A stretch of DNA of 15,346 nt from Candidatus Aenigmatarchaeota archaeon (GTDB lineage: Archaea; Aenigmatarchaeota; Aenigmatarchaeia; QMZP01; QMZT01): positions 1 through 15,346 of the forward strand of contig CAVSBQ010000001.1 in NCBI GenBank assembly GCA_963726265.1, given 5' to 3'. Position 1 is the first letter of the stretch, and each line of letters opens with the position of its first letter. A model generated the notes under the pieces. That model had not been told where the DNA came from, did not search any database, and saw only the letters and a program-made list of their open reading frames with translations. Positions 15,016-15,346 of this stretch are shown piece by piece. The translations under genes were made by a program, and so were the position numbers.

Positions 15016-15345
15016 TTATGAATTTTGCATCTCACTCTTCACCGCCCTCAGCAGGTTGAACAGCTTCATCCTGATCACCTTTATCCTGTTCGAGTAGTTC
15101 TTGTGCTTCTGTTCGTCCAGAATGCCAACATCTCGGCACAGGTCGAACCAGTACTGGGCTTCGTAGGCTTCGCCTATGCATACGCGTATCTTCTGCGCCT
15201 GCTGGCTCTTGCTTTCCATCGCCCCGAATTCCATCAGGTTGGCCGGTATGCTCGACACCGCGCCGAACAGCTGCTCCTTCAGCCTGAACTTTCCCTGGAA
15301 GTTCTCCAGCGAAAGAAGAACGTCTTTCGAGAGCTCGTAGCCTTC
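15016..15345 (-). CDS. Four-helix-bundle protein (23S rRNA intervening-sequence protein family), 5'-truncated by the window edge
   Basis: The frame is open to the window end: EGYELSKDVLLSLENFQGKFRLKEQLFGAVSSIPANLMEFG...IGEAYEAQYWFDLCRDVGIL. This matches the family pattern L.sQ...a..SIpaNiaEG...GS..E...wl.l..d.gy. Confidence 0.82.
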   Translation of the reverse strand, partial: EGYELSKDVLLSLENFQGKFRLKEQLFGAVSSIPANLMEFGAMESKSQQAQKIRVCIGEAYEAQYWFDLCRDVGILDEQKHKNYSNRIKVIRMKLFNLLRAVKSEMQNS

Positions 15346-15346
15346 C

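Larger units (their letters stand above)
13590..15346. mobile_element. Left end of a probable integrated element (provirus, plasmid or island) at tRNA-Thr(CGT); the right att site is outside the window
   Basis: A tyrosine integrase starts within about 80 nt of the tRNA 3' end and is followed by convergent small accessory genes. No duplicate att is visible in the window, so the boundaries are inferred. Confidence 0.7.

Noticed and set aside
1..15346. CRISPR array, IS transposase, second att copy
   Set aside because: No regularly spaced repeats, transposase motifs or duplicate of the tRNA-Thr 3' half were seen by eye in the window.

Overview
Archaeal chromosomal window. The evidence is TATA boxes about 24-26 nt upstream of several ATGs, GGAGGTG/GGCGTGAT ribosome-binding sites, tRNAs without encoded CCA, and a bulge-helix-bulge tRNA intron. 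A DPANN-like lineage is plausible but is only an inference. Left part: a minus-strand porG-porD-porA-porB 2-oxoacid:ferredoxin oxidoreductase operon, followed by a ferredoxin gene missed by the ORF track (it carries a +1 frameshift) and a membrane-anchored DsbA-type protein. Next come a DUF62 SAM hydrolase and a divergent cysteine desulfurase / IscU-DUF59 fusion pair. Middle: an orphan HD-GYP protein, a HAD hydrolase, a PH-domain membrane protein, a degenerate stand-alone CheB-like esterase and an unexplained GC-rich structured element. Right: RNase Z, dihydrouridine synthase, tRNA-Gly(TCC), a HIT protein, tRNA-Pro(TGG) and tRNA-Thr(CGT) with a 40-nt intron in the D-loop. Directly after tRNA-Thr is the left end of a probable integrated element. 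It holds a tyrosine integrase whose frame is open back through the tRNA, an unannotated 55-aa zinc-finger microprotein and a four-helix-bundle (23S rRNA IVP/Avd-like fold) gene cut by the window edge. No CRISPR array or rRNA was recognised.
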